A DNA stretch of 63,569 nucleotides, counting the filler, from Olpidium bornovanus S191 (taxonomy: Eukaryota; Fungi; Olpidiomycota), in the NCBI GenBank assembly GCA_017911155.1. It is 24 parts of 24 records of this genome, joined end to end, with 100 filler letters (N's around TTAATTAATTAA, not from the genome) between each part and the next. Parts side by side here need not be neighbours in the genome. Positions count along the whole stretch, not along the records: positions 33,704 to 35,917 come from JAEFCI010013022.1; positions 36,018 to 42,407 come from JAEFCI010000624.1; positions 42,508 to 46,089 come from JAEFCI010003773.1; positions 46,190 to 47,499 come from JAEFCI010008441.1; positions 47,600 to 51,927 come from JAEFCI010004259.1; 19 more parts are not named here. One strand, written 5' to 3'. The notes below the pieces were generated by a model, which was not told where the DNA came from, did no database searches, and worked only from the letters and a program-made list of their open reading frames with translations. Positions within the stretch are counted from its first letter, which is position 1. Each line of letters begins with the position of its first letter. Below are positions 35,680-47,712 of this stretch, one piece after another. Position numbers and translations under genes: made by a program.

Positions 35680-35917
35680 ATAGGAACAAGATCAATAACG
35701 ACACCGTTCTCCTTCCACCGCCTAGACAAGTGCGCGTAAAAAAGACTGCTCAAAGTAGGAGGAGTTAGCGGATCGATACTCGTAATTTCTCGAAGAGCTC
35801 TGCGCACAAGAAAGAAAAGCTTGGCGGTGATCTCGACATCCTTTCCACAACATTCTCGCAGTCTGAAACCGGTATATCTTTCATCCGGCGCCCCCTTAAA
35901 AAAAATCATATGCATGA
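35680..35917 (-). CDS. Possible glutamate-cysteine ligase modifier subunit (GCLM)-like fragment
   Basis: PDERYTGFRL...KDVEITAKLFFL resembles the fungal GCLM motif PD-x-R...DVE-x-T-x-KLF. The downstream splice phase is unresolved. Confidence 0.35.
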
Positions 35918-36017
35918 NNNNNNNNNNNNNNNNNNNNNNNNNNNNNNNNNNNNNNNNNNNNTTAATTAATTAANNNNNNNNNNNNNNNNNNNNNNNNNNN
36001 NNNNNNNNNNNNNNNNN

Positions 36018-36048
<31 letters not shown>

Positions 36049-36065
36049 CCCCCCCGCCCCAGCCA

Positions 36066-38384
36066 ATGGTGTTCGTCGGCCGCGTCGACCGGGCGGAATC
36101 CGGCGCCCACGGCCGCTCCGAGCTGAGGATCGCTCGGTACGTCCGACCGGACGCCGACCGAAAAAGCAGCCGCACCCCCGCCGTCGCGGGGCCGGGGTCG
36201 GCGGCGGCGGCGGCAGGGCCGGCGAAGCAGCTCTGCCCGGAGCTCGCCGCGCTGCCGCGGGGGGGGGGGAAGCCGGCCGCCGGGGGGCGGCGGGCAGAAA
36301 CCGCGGTCCTCCCCGCGAGGGGCCCGGCGCCGGCGCGGCGGCAGCACGCGGACGGCGGCGCCGTCATGGTGAAGAAGCTGCGGTCGATGCGCCGGCTCAG
36401 CAGGCCGCCGGAGTTCGCCCGCGCGGCGCGCGGGTCTTTTTCCGCCGGGCCCGGCCACTGGACGAGCGGGAAGGGTCCCCGGACCGCGCCGGGGCGGCCG
36501 TCCAGCCGCCTAGCTCCGCACCCGCGCGCGGCGGGCGGCGCGGGGCCGGCGGCCGCCGCCGGCGCTCTCACTGACCGGCGGCTGAGGGGTTACTTCGAGA
36601 GGAGCGCCGACCGGACGTTCCCTTCGAAGAGCTCCTCGCCCCCGCCGACGCTGCCGGTCGTGCAGCTCGTGGATCCTGCGAAAGCCAGGCCGCCGACGGC
36701 GACAGCCGCCGAAGGGACCCCCGGCAGGCCTGCGCCGGCGGGCCCATCGAGCCCCGGTCCGCCGCGGAGCGACGACGACGCCGCCCGCTGCAGGTCGTCG
36801 TCAGCCGGCAGCCAGGAGTGGGACCGTGCGTCGGATTGCGAGTCGGTGAAAAGCGACTCCGCAAGCCAGTGCTCCGAATCTGCGTGCTGTCCGACGGCCG
36901 TCTGTTCCGGCGACGACGTTCCTTTCGAAGCTCTCGACGAGAGGACCATGTGGAGGGTGGTGTCCGGAAAGTGCGCCATGAGCAGCCAGGAGTTTGAGGA
37001 AGCCTTCCGCGGTTGTCACGGACGCGCGGGCTTCGAAACCAGAACACCGGGGAGGACGAAAGACGGTGGAGAAAAACGTCGAGCGCAAGCCGCCGACGGC
37101 TCCGTGGCCTCGTGCGAGCTTGAGAGAGAGGCGTTCGACCAAGTTCCGCAGCCGGGCGGGTTCGACGTCGTCTGCTTTGCGCCCGTCCTCCCGGCCGAAC
37201 TGATATCGCTGTCGCCCACGCTCAAACACATCGCCCTCTCCACTGGTATGAGGGCCGTCGAAACGGCAGCTGACACTCCGCCCGCGTTCGAAATCGGCTA
37301 CAGCACTGACATGATTTGTCTTCGGTTTTTATTTTAATTCATTTTTTTTTTCTCTTCCTAGGCGACTTCCTTGAGGGCCGTACCGGAGATATAACCCTTC
37401 CGGGTTTTAGCCCTTTCGTCCTGCTCCAGGTCGTGCGGTATCTCCGCCGCGCGGCCGAGAGCCGTCGAGGTTCTGATGATGCCGCAGTCCCGGCCGTGTT
37501 CTGGTATCCGCTGAGCCAAGTCGTGGACATTTTAGCGGCGGGTCACTATCTTCAGCTGAAGGGCCTCGTCCGACGCTGCTGCGTCGCGATCGCGGAGAAC
37601 GTCAGCCGGTTGCCGGCGGTCAGAGACCTGCCTCCTCAACTGTTGGAGCTGGTGCTCGCCAGAGCGACCGTCGCTTCGCTGTGCAGCGCCGAACGGATCC
37701 TGGGGAGCGCGGGATACAGCCGGGAATGCCTCGCGCGGGCGTGGTTCAGGATGGCGGAGGTCATTGACGCTCACCGGCTCTCGGAGCGCCGGCCGCGAGG
37801 CGGCGAGCGAGACAGGGCCGGCGGGCCGTCGTACGAGTCGCCGTTCGCGTCGCTCGCCGAATCAAAACGGCGGTGCCTGCGGGCGTTCCTGCAGAAGGCG
37901 ATACCGCAGCTGATATCCGCCTGGAACGCGGGCCGCGAGGGGAGGAGGGGGTCCGGCAGAGACGCGCGCGCGACCAGGGCCCGGGACCTCGTGCGCTGCG
38001 TCGCCGACTCTCTGGCTGTGGTCGGCCACGACGTCGACGAACTGGCGATCGCCATCGGCTCCGCCGCGGAGGGCGCGCGCGGGGCGGGCGGCGGCGGGGA
38101 AAGGGTCGAGGCGGCGGTGTTGCGGAATGTGCGGGGCATGCGGCGCTTGTCGTTCGCGGCGGCCCGCGGCGCCCCGGCAACCGGAGAATACCAGCTTACG
38201 CTGTGGCGGATACTGAAAGCACTTTCGCCGACCGAGGCGCACGCGGCTTCGTGCTCCAAACCCACCCGCCTCGCCCTCCGTGTCCGGCGAGACGTCCCGC
38301 TGTGGCTGGAGCAAATCGTCTCGTGGACGTCGGGCGCGGCGCGATGTCCGAAGAGGGCTCCGGAGCCCCTGACTACTCTGCAAG

Positions 38385-38415
<31 letters not shown>

Positions 38416-39877
38416 CGCTTCCAGCAGACTGGGCAAGGACAATTCGCTTGACCTCACCGGTCACGCGCGGCCGATTCAGGACGGGGTCAATTTATCTCGA
38501 AGCAGAGACGGAAACGCAAATGCGCTTTGCGAAAAGAACGGCGCCGCGCCTCTGGCCGAGTTGGACGAGATTTTCGCGCTTCTTGGCGGGACCCGGACCG
38601 CGGAGTCTCGTGCCGAGCGCGGACCGAACGGGACGACGCTGCCGGGGTCGTTGCAGTGGTTGAGCCTGGAACTGTGGGAGTGGGCCGGGGCGGTCGCCTG
38701 CGAGCAGTTCAACGTTTTGCCAATCGGCGTCCAGCGCGGCTTTTTTGCAATCTGTCGTCTCGATCTCAGCGACGCGCCGCTGTGTCCGGTCTCGATCGAG
38801 AGGTTGAGGTCCGCCCTGGAATCTCCCGCCTCGGCAGTCGAACACCTGGACGTCTCGCGCACCGGCCTCGACAGGCCGCGCTTCAGCTCGGTCGTGCTGG
38901 CGGCGGCCACCTGCGCGAGGCTGAAGGCTCTGCTGATCTCGGGAAATTTGAAGCTGCGCCCGGACAAGGAGCCGGCCGAGGTGGACGGCCGGCTTTCGAG
39001 CGCGGACGTCGCGGGGATCAGGGGCGCCGTCGGCCGCTCGATCGCGGCCCTGCTCGCGGGCCGCGCGTCTGCGCTCGAGGAGCTGGACGTTTCCGGGAAC
39101 GAGCTGACGACCGTCGAGGGCGTCGCGCTGAGCTCCGCGCTGAGGTCGAGCGTCGGCGAGCTGCGGGTCTTGGACGTCCGGGACGCGTGCATCGGGGTGC
39201 CCGCCGTGGCGGGCCTCAAGCGGGCCCTGTCGGCGAGCGCAAAGCTCACCGCGCTCCGGATCGGCGGGAACCCCCTTCCGCCGCGGGCGATGGCGGAAGT
39301 CCTCGGCAGCCTGCGGCCCGCCCCGGGGGCCCGGGGAAGCGGCCCGCGCGTGACGGCCATCGAAGTCGCTAGCGACCAGGTCGACGCCGACGTCCTCGCC
39401 GTCTTGTCTTCCTTGGTCGCCGACCCCGACCGCCCGCTGCTCGAACTCGCCGTGCGGACGGACCCCGGCAGGAGTTCGGGGCGGCACTTCCCGTCCGCGC
39501 TGGTGGACGCGGCGCTGCGCAGCGGCGCGCAGCGCCACCTCGACTTTTCGGATTACGTTCTGGACGGGCGCAGCGCAGCGGACATCTCCGAGTCGCTGAG
39601 GTCCGCGGCCCGGCTCTCCGGGAGGAGGGCGGCCCTGCACGTGACCATCACCGCGTGCAGGGCCGGCGGCAAACCGGCCGTCGACGCCCTTTGCCAGGCC
39701 CTGAAGGAGGTCTGCCGCGAAGCCCCCGCGCCTACACCGCGCCCGGGACCGCTCGTCTGCGTCGATCTCGCCTGCGGGCGCTCTCTCAAAGCGCACGCGT
39801 CCAGGGCCGGAAAGAACCTGGCGTCCGTTTGCGGACGGCAGGCGCGCCTCAGGATCTTCTCCAGGGCCTCGAGCTAA
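36066..39877 (+). CDS. Large BTB/POZ-like + RNI-type leucine-rich-repeat protein (5' end may be truncated)
   Basis: ORFs 36066-37245 and 37362-39877 join in phase across a 116-nt GTATGA...TAG intron. BTB-like: LISLSPTLKHIALSTG|DFLEG...ITLPGFSPFVLLQVVRYL...VVDILAAGHYLQLKGLVRRC. LRRs: VEHLDVSRTGL, LEELDVSGNEL, LRVLDVRDACI, LTALRIGGNPL. Confidence 0.85.
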
Positions 39878-39954
39878 AACAAAAGGGAAAAAAAAAAAAA
39901 AAAAAACACGCCGAACACCATCAAAAATGAAAGCGACTAGAAATATGATTATAT

Positions 39955-40857
39955 ACAATAATACAAGACAAGAAGCATTATTATATACCACCGTACATTT
40001 CTATAATGTAAAACAAAATTATGATGCTTCCCACTTGGAATGTCAAAACTTAGCCGGTCCTGCGGGGACAGAGACTGTTTTCCAGAGCGCACGACGTGGA
40101 GGTGTTTGACAAGCGCCCCTTTTTTCTCTTGGGGGAAAAAAAAATTCCCTAGACAAGCTGCGGGAAAAAGAAAACCCCTCCCCGGGCGCAGGAAAGGAAG
40201 GGAAGGTTGGGGTTGTTACTCCAGCGACTTTCCAGCCGCAGCAACCAATGAATGGTCACGGGAATGGATCTTTTCCCGGGAAATTCAAACACAGCTGCGT
40301 CCTCTGGACGAACGGTTTTTAGAGTAGCCGCGAAGGGAACTCAAAAACGCGTTCTGGGCCCTCTGGGACTAGCAGAGTTCTGAGCAAAAAAAAAAAATCT
40401 CTGTGCAAAAGGATCCGCCGACCGCGCGCCAACTCCCGCCCTTGCATCAAAGCGGAAAACGGGGCAAGAACTTTCCCGGGCGAGCTCACCCCTGGCTAGT
40501 CAACTCTAGACCCAGGGGCCCCAAAAGGAGCACACCCCTGGGCGGAGACCGCTAGCGAAACGCGAAACGCGAGCCGCGGCTCCGGGGCCGAGAGCCCTGG
40601 AAGGGGTGCCTCACCGCCTCGGAAAGCGCCTGCGCCTGCGCACAGCGGCCGGCCGCCCCCACCCCCGAAACCGCCGGCCCTGCTGCGAAAACGCGAGACG
40701 CGCGTCGCTCCACCGGAGGGCCGGCCCCCCCCCCCCCACACAACCACCACCACCGCCGCGATCACGCGAGAGAGCGGGCGACACTGACCTTGACATCGTT
40801 TGACCTTTCTCCGGGGGGCGGTCGCCGTTCCGCGCGCGCGCGTCGCGCCCGGAGCGT
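39955..40857 (+). repeat. Dispersed non-coding repeat family, copy 2
   Basis: Homologous to 12763-13510 (minus strand). Begins about 80 nt after the stop codon of the BTB-LRR gene. Confidence 0.9.
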
Positions 40858-41691
40858 CAAGGCGTGGAGAGAGAAAGAGAGAGAGCACGCGTGTTGAAGA
40901 GGACGGGGAGCGTGTGCCGGGTTTGAAAAGCCGTGCGTGGAGGTGAAGGGGGGAAGAGTGAGAGAGAGACAGAGAGAGATGCGTTGGAGGGGTCAGGGTT
41001 TTTACTCTTTGGGGCTGTTGTTATCACAGGGCCACTGGGGGTTGGGCGCGCGCCCCACCCCCCTTCCGCCCGTCATCCCCGCCCGGGCGCGCCGAAACGG
41101 GCCGAGCGCGTTTTTTTTTTTTTTTTTTTTTCCAAACGGGTAAAACTTAGGGTCAACTGGTAAGCCGCAAACGGGTAACCTCGCATCGCTCCCGCGCCTT
41201 TTCGCCTGACCCGCAAAACCCGCGGACGGTAACACCCGCAAAACAAGCCGAACACAGCGTTCTTCAATCGAGCACCCTCGGACGAAGATAGGAGGGTGGG
41301 AGAAAAAAAGAGGGGGGAAAGTGGGGGAGGTGAGGGTGGGGGAAAGGGGGGAGGGGGTGAAGGAAAGAATAATAATAAGCAGTCTGTTTTTTCCTTAAAA
41401 AGTTCTGTATGTGAACAACAGTCGCGTAGGTCCGTGGTCCACCTTGAATATGCGGGGGGGGGGGGGATACACATGAGGGATTACAAGAGAAATATGCTTG
41501 TTTTCGCGATGATCGCCTGTCCGGCGCTCTACCGCGGTTGCGGACGGTTCCGCGCCGGAACTCCGGGCGACAGCGGACGGACCCCGAGGAGGATCGTGCG
41601 CGCGCGCCGCCGCCCCCCGTTCACAGGAAAGAAGCCGATCGCGCGCGTCATGTTCCCGTGACGGCGGACTCTTTCGAGGGTCCGGGTCTCC

Positions 41692-41726
<35 letters not shown>

Positions 41727-41916
41727 ATGCTGCGGCGCGGGCGGCAGCCGGGCCGGGCGAGTTGTCCTTGGAAAGGCGGACGCCCGCGGCGCCCCCCGGC
41801 CCTGCTGGCCCGGAATCGCGCTGCTGCGTCGCCTCCGACCCCGCCGTCCGGACCGACGGCTGCGGACTCCCGCGTGCTTTTCTCTGAGCCGCCGCTGGAC
41901 AGCGCTCGGACGACAA

Positions 41917-42183
41917 TCATGTTTCGCCCTCGGGCGGACCGCATCCGGCCGCCTCCTCCTCCGCCAGGTCCGCGTTCAGCGTGGCAAGGTAGCACCGCAG
42001 CCGTTCGGCCTCCATGCTCGCCCCTCGCACGTTCTGCAGCGCCGCTGCAGCCCACGCCAGGGCCTTTTCTCGCCCGCGCTTCGTTAACGGGATAGCCAGC
42101 CGCAGGTGTCGGTACAGCCGAAATCCGGAGGCGATTTGGCCCTCGGCAACGTCAAGGCGCTGGGTGAGGTCGGATATCTTTGA
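41917..42183 (-). CDS. Last exon of a probable Sec7/PH Arf-GEF (Syt1-like) protein
   Basis: After a poly-T/CAG acceptor: SKISDLTQRL...LYRHLRLAIPLTKRGREK...MEAERLRCYLATLNADLAEEE, resembling the fungal Sec7-PH C-terminal motif RHL-x-I-x-x-P...RL-x-C-x4-L-x-x-DL. Confidence 0.5.
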   Translation of the reverse strand, partial: SKISDLTQRLDVAEGQIASGFRLYRHLRLAIPLTKRGREKALAWAAAALQNVRGASMEAERLRCYLATLNADLAEEEAAGCGPPEGET

Positions 42184-42184
42184 C

Positions 42185-42241
<57 letters not shown>

Positions 42242-42244
42242 TTT

Positions 42245-42278
<34 letters not shown>

Positions 42279-42282
42279 AAAA

Positions 42283-42313
<31 letters not shown>

Positions 42314-42507
42314 CGTCTATATTCTCACGGGGGGAGAGCGGGGCCACCCCCACTACGGGGACGGGAGAGGGAAGTAAAACATGGGGAAAAAGAAAAAGAG
42401 GCCGGGGNNNNNNNNNNNNNNNNNNNNNNNNNNNNNNNNNNNNNNNNNNNNTTAATTAATTAANNNNNNNNNNNNNNNNNNNNNNNNNNNNNNNNNNNNN
42501 NNNNNNN

Positions 42508-42783
42508 CATGACGCCCCCGTCTTTAAACACGCCCAAGAACATATCACGCAGGTGCTTCAATTTAAGCTCCCTTTCTTTTTCACCACGGTCGTATTCTAA
42601 ATGAGAGAACGTCACGTCGGCGTTTGGTGGCGCAGGCCTGAGGCCCACAGCGTCGGTGAGCGCGCCGTTATCGATCCAGTGGCGGTAACTGCCGCGCAAT
42701 GCTGGCGCGACGGTCGGAGTCTGTGGAGCCGCTGGAGTGGTGGGAAGGGCGTGGGAAACTGAGAGATCAAAACGTGGGGCCAA
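42508..42783 (-). CDS. Unidentified protein fragment running off the contig end
   Basis: Open, non-repetitive frame: LRGSYRHWIDNGALTDAVGLRP...SHLEYDRGEKERELKLKHLRDMFLGVFKDGGVM. Confidence 0.4.
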
Positions 42784-43712
42784 GCGATACAGAAAAGCTT
42801 TTCAGGTGGCGGTTTTTTTCCCCGTTCTTTCCAGGAACAGCGCCCGGCAGCGCTCAGAGTTGGGTTAGGGCAGGAGTTAGTCCGTAGTTCCAAACCAGAA
42901 ACCGACCGTGCTCCTTCCTATCAAACACGCGCGAAGGCGACCATTTTTGATCACCTTCCGCAGGTTATGAGACCAACAAGGCTACCACCAGCGAACCATC
43001 CGTGAGCCATCCCGGAGGACACAGGGAAGGCGCCGCCTCGCCGCCCACGCGCAACACAGACCCCATGAGCCCGACAGGTTGAAATCCCCCAGCCCCCCGG
43101 AAAAACTCCCGCGTCGGCGATCCGCGGTCTTCGGGTTGCGCGAGCCCGCCGCCGCCCCCTTTTCCGGCCGTCGCCATGGGTGACGTAGAACGGGGACCCC
43201 CCGAGATCTGGCAGCGGCTTGTCCGCCGGCCACCGGCCCTTTGAGCATGTGTCCATTTCCGTCAACTGATCTGAAGCGTGTAATTGCCATTACAAGAGAC
43301 AATTCAAATGCGAGCAACGAAAAAAGGCCCCTTCCCCAACGTGATCGCGCGCTCACGATGTGCAGTATTCATGGGACGCCGGCGTTTCCGTGGCGGCCGT
43401 TGCCGGGCAAAAACGCCGGACACCCAAACAAAAATTTGCGGTGCGTGCGGGCGGCCGTTCCGCAAGCGGTACCAACTGCCACTTGCATAATGTGCGCGAA
43501 AAAAGCCTGACCCTTCACCGCTGCAATATGAGACAACAATGACGGAGTGACTTAGCTGATCCGAACCGCAAGGCGGGTGTGGGGTGTGGGGCGGGAGAAA
43601 GGGGGGGGGGGAGAGGGGAGCGGTAAGACGATAATTTTGGGAAATTGCGAGTGAACAATATCCAGCGAAATTTAATTCTCCGGCCAAGCGGGCGAAGCAA
43701 AACCCCCCCCCC

Positions 43713-43743
<31 letters not shown>

Positions 43744-43874
43744 GTAGTTTTTCCCCGGCAGCAACCACTCGCCGGACACACCCACGCACCCAACCTAAGC
43801 CACCATCGTTGAGAGAAAGCACGCGCTCTCAACTGTCTCCCCCTCCCCCATTGCGAGATTTTTTCTTTCTTTCG

Positions 43875-45449
43875 ATGAGCGTAGTCAGCCCAACATCGCC
43901 GGGCGATGCGGACGAGGACGAGCGGCCGGTCCTCGAAGGCACTGAGCATTATTTGGGGCGCCAACCACCGCAGCAGTCGGAGCCGCCGGCGCCGCGCTTA
44001 CGGAGTCGCTTGCGTTCCTTACGGAACGTCGGCGGCGCTCGCCCGAGCTATACTTACCAGCCTTCGCGGTTGCGGATCAGCTTGTCCGACTCGGTGCTGC
44101 TGAACCTCCTCGACCGCGATGACGACGAAAGCGGGAGCGGCGGCGAGACCGACGGCGAGAGCAGCAGTGCCTGGGATGCGATCGCCGCCCACGCCGCCGC
44201 CGATGACGGCGCGCTGCCGACACAGATCGGACTCTCGGCATTTCCGGCCGGCGACGCCGCGCTCGCCCGCGGCAGCGTCCGGACGTTGACTGATCCCGAT
44301 AGTGTGCTGCAACGGCGCCATTCCGACCCGGAGTTGTCGTTCCGTGCTGGGGAACGGAGATTCACGGCCGGCGACCTGCAAGAACTGTGTGCGCAAAAAC
44401 TCAGTAATCCGTCGCTGCAACAGGGGTTGCACAGGCAGCTGCTGCTGCACAGGCTCGGCCGTCGGTTCAGCGCCGAGGAGGCGCGGCTACGACAGAGCCA
44501 GCACAGCGCTCGCAGGAGGCGAAAACCGCCGCCCGTAAAACCTCTCGTCGACTTCGGCCCCTCGCCGAACTCGTCGGTTTGGCAGCTCGACGGCCCAGCA
44601 TCGGCTCCGGCGCAAACATCAACAACGAGCGGCCGGAGGGCGAAAATGCAGGCGAAGGATATGCAGAGGACCAAAAGCGGGGAAAACGCGGTAACCGGTC
44701 ATTTTCCCCCAAGGGTCCTCGCCGGCGACGTCGTTGTGAAGAACGGGTTCCGTGAGAGGCTGCTCACCATGCTGGACGTAATTCCAAGCAGCAAGTCGGC
44801 TTATTCGCGTAAGATTGCCGACAATCCCCTGCGTATTACAGGCGAACCGGATAAGCCGGCTCAGGATCAGCCGTTATCGCCGGCCAAAAGGTCACTTACT
44901 GTTTTGCACACGCCCAAGTTGGTGAGGTCAAGGCGAGTCAAGCCTTTTTCCATGCGGCTGTCAGAAGATATCATCGATTCAAAGGGGGCCGCCGGCAGGC
45001 GAAGGTGGCCGACGTTCGCGGGGAGGGCAGCACAATGGCAGTTTTTGTTGAAACGAATCTCGGGCGGCGACGTCGTTGTTGGGACCGAAAAGTTCGCTGG
45101 CTCGCGCCGGCGGGAACCCGAACCGGAAACGCAGCTAGCGCTGCCGCCCGCGGGCGCCCCGGAGATCGCAAGGGAAGCTGGCGTCGATGAGCCGGACGGC
45201 GGTAAAACCGTCCATTGCTCGGCGAACGTTTCGAGTCGGCGCACTGGCGACGTCGACGACAACGGCGGTGGCATCGGGCCGCGGAACACCGACCATGCCG
45301 AACAACGCCTTCATCCGCGCGGCCTCCCTGCTCCGCAAAACTGCGAAGGCGCGCAGAAGCTCGGCTCCGCCACAACGGGCCGGCCGCCTCCAAAGTCGAA
45401 ATTGCGCTGGTCGCCGGTTTCCTGGCCGCCGCCGCCGCGGTGGGCTTGA
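43875..45449 (+). CDS. Uncharacterised, largely disordered Ser/Arg/Pro-rich protein; 3' end uncertain
   Basis: Stop-free frame of more than 520 codons starting MSVVSPTSPGDADED. No recognisable domain. Confidence 0.6.
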   Translation: MSVVSPTSPGDADEDERPVLEGTEHYLGRQPPQQSEPPAPRLRSRLRSLRNVGGARPSYTYQPSRLRISLSDSVLLNLLDRDDDESGSGGETDGESSSAWDAIAAHAAADDGALPTQIGLSAFPAGDAALARGSVRTLTDPDSVLQRRHSDPELSFRAGERRFTAGDLQELCAQKLSNPSLQQGLHRQLLLHRLGRRFSAEEARLRQSQHSARRRRKPPPVKPLVDFGPSPNSSVWQLDGPASAPAQTSTTSGRRAKMQAKDMQRTKSGENAVTGHFPPRVLAGDVVVKNGFRERLLTMLDVIPSSKSAYSRKIADNPLRITGEPDKPAQDQPLSPAKRSLTVLHTPKLVRSRRVKPFSMRLSEDIIDSKGAAGRRRWPTFAGRAAQWQFLLKRISGGDVVVGTEKFAGSRRREPEPETQLALPPAGAPEIAREAGVDEPDGGKTVHCSANVSSRRTGDVDDNGGGIGPRNTDHAEQRLHPRGLPAPQNCEGAQKLGSATTGRPPPKSKLRWSPVSWPPPPRWA

Positions 45450-46919
45450 CGCCTCCGTGCGAGCCAACCGCAACGCGGGCCGCCTGTCGTCCGGATGCGC
45501 AGGGGGCGTCTGCGGACGACGAGTCGCCTTCGCCGAAGCGGCCGACGCCGCCTCCGCCGGCGCGGGCGCTGGAAAACGCAAGGGACCCCGTCAACGTTGC
45601 CCGAGGTCGAGCACAAATTCTGCGAGCTTCCCCGGCATGCTGCTGTCTGAGCTGGAGGAAAGGCAGGCGGCTTTGGCAAAAGCGCTTCCGCGGCAGAGGC
45701 CCCAAGCGCCGCCGCCGTTGCAATGAGAAAAACGAGCAGGCGACCCCTTCGACAATACCTTAATGTATATAGAATTGTTCGTTGCACATTTTTTCCTTAG
45801 ATTTCGATTTGGTGTAACTTTAAGCCAAAATTTTCTTCGGGATTCTCGTGTGCCAAGGATGTAATTGCTCAAACCTAAGTGGGTCCTAAAACACCAAACA
45901 AAAACGGGTTGTAAAAAAACCCAAAGGACAGTTGAAAAAACAAAATTGATGTGATTGTCCCTGATACGACATGAAAGGGGGTCGCGGGATTGAGATTGTT
46001 AGCCGGGTGACTTCCGGTGGCGCCTGGAAGCTGCCGTTTGTGTGGCAAGGCGGGCCCTTCCCGGCAAACTCGAAAGCAGCGCCGTGCAANNNNNNNNNNN
46101 NNNNNNNNNNNNNNNNNNNNNNNNNNNNNNNNNTTAATTAATTAANNNNNNNNNNNNNNNNNNNNNNNNNNNNNNNNNNNNNNNNNNNNAGGGGGGGGGG
46201 GGGGGAGAAAAACCCCCCCCCCCCCCCCCCCCCCCGCGTACTCGCGCTGCGCGTTCCAGCCTCTTTCGCTCCCCCGCAGAGTTCTTAGACGTCCGTCTAC
46301 AAAAAGGGCCTAGACTAGATAGCCCTGGTACAATCCAACGAACCTCTTCCATTTTTGCGTCCTGCGTGCTTCTCGTCCTTCTCGGCACCGAAAACTGAAT
46401 AGGGGGGACATTGCGTGTATGAAGTCTATAAAAAAAAGGAAAGCATAAAGTTGGCGCGTTCGGTTTTTGCCACTCGGGAAAATGACGGGAGGTGTGCTGA
46501 CTAGACATTTCTCCACGCCCCTCCTGCCTCCGTGTCGCACGAAGACACAGAATGGGGTGGGTGGCAAGCCCGGGAGAGTAGTCTTGTAATGAAATTAGAT
46601 CGCGCGCGGGCCAATCCCCTGCCAGCGGCCCTTCCCTCTTCAACGCGCCGACATTTTGTCGAGCGCAGGTGCTAGGGCTGGAAAGGAGGGAGGAGGGAGG
46701 GGGGGGGGGAAGGAAGGGGGGCCGCGGGTATGGCGGAGCATTTCCGTTCGATTGTGCGCGAACGAAATATGTATGCTCATAAAGGGACGGGCACAAGAGG
46801 AGAGCCAGGGGAGGGGAAAATTCCAGCGGACGGCGCCCACGTTTACAGCCCTGCTCTGTACCGCCTTGAACGCGGCCTCACCCACACACCCCCCCCCCCC
46901 CCCGCCCCCGCCCCCCCTC

Positions 46920-46952
<33 letters not shown>

Positions 46953-47712
46953 ATTTCTGCATCTGACCAACGTCGGAACTTTCTTCTTCACGTCCTCCTC
47001 CCCGCCGAGTATACCGACTTAATCCAATATCCTTTTTCATCGAGTTCGATCGTGCTCGACTTCGGTGATTGGCGGAAGCACCAGCCCTACAGCGCTCGTT
47101 CGCGCACTGGGGACCGTTGACTAAATCAGGAAAGAAATCACGTAGGACGGTCGAGCAAATCACGGTTGACTTTCCCGCCTGCCAGACTGCCAACCTCAGG
47201 GATAACGCACGTCATTCCAAACAAAATGAGCCGGGCGAAGCCAATGTCTCCCGTTTAAATTAGCTCTAGTTATTCAGTGAGAACCTCCGTGGGAATGCAC
47301 GTGAAGTCAAATTCATCTCGGCTGGTGTGCGTGGGTTGGGCGTGGGGCCGGAGCGGACATGTGGTTCAGAACCGAGTACATGGCGCTTTCGACCCACGAC
47401 TCACCCCAGATCGAATGGCAGCCCTGGAACTGCGAGTAACAAGCGTGACGACCGCGTATAACCTTTCATTTCACAGCTAACCCTAGCTGTACGCCAACCN
47501 NNNNNNNNNNNNNNNNNNNNNNNNNNNNNNNNNNNNNNNNNNNTTAATTAATTAANNNNNNNNNNNNNNNNNNNNNNNNNNNNNNNNNNNNNNNNNNNNG
47601 CAAGTTGACGGATAAGTTTGCGATGCAGCCGAACAAGAAGACGCGATAAGGTCCGCTGTTTTTTCGCCAACGTGCGGCCTTTAACAGGATACTGTTATAT
47701 GTTCGCAATCGA

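Noticed and set aside
47270-47500. Possible structured RNA or tRNA-derived element
   Set aside because: No tRNA cloverleaf, A/B boxes, or snRNA/SRP/RNase P signature recognised; more likely LTR-like DNA.
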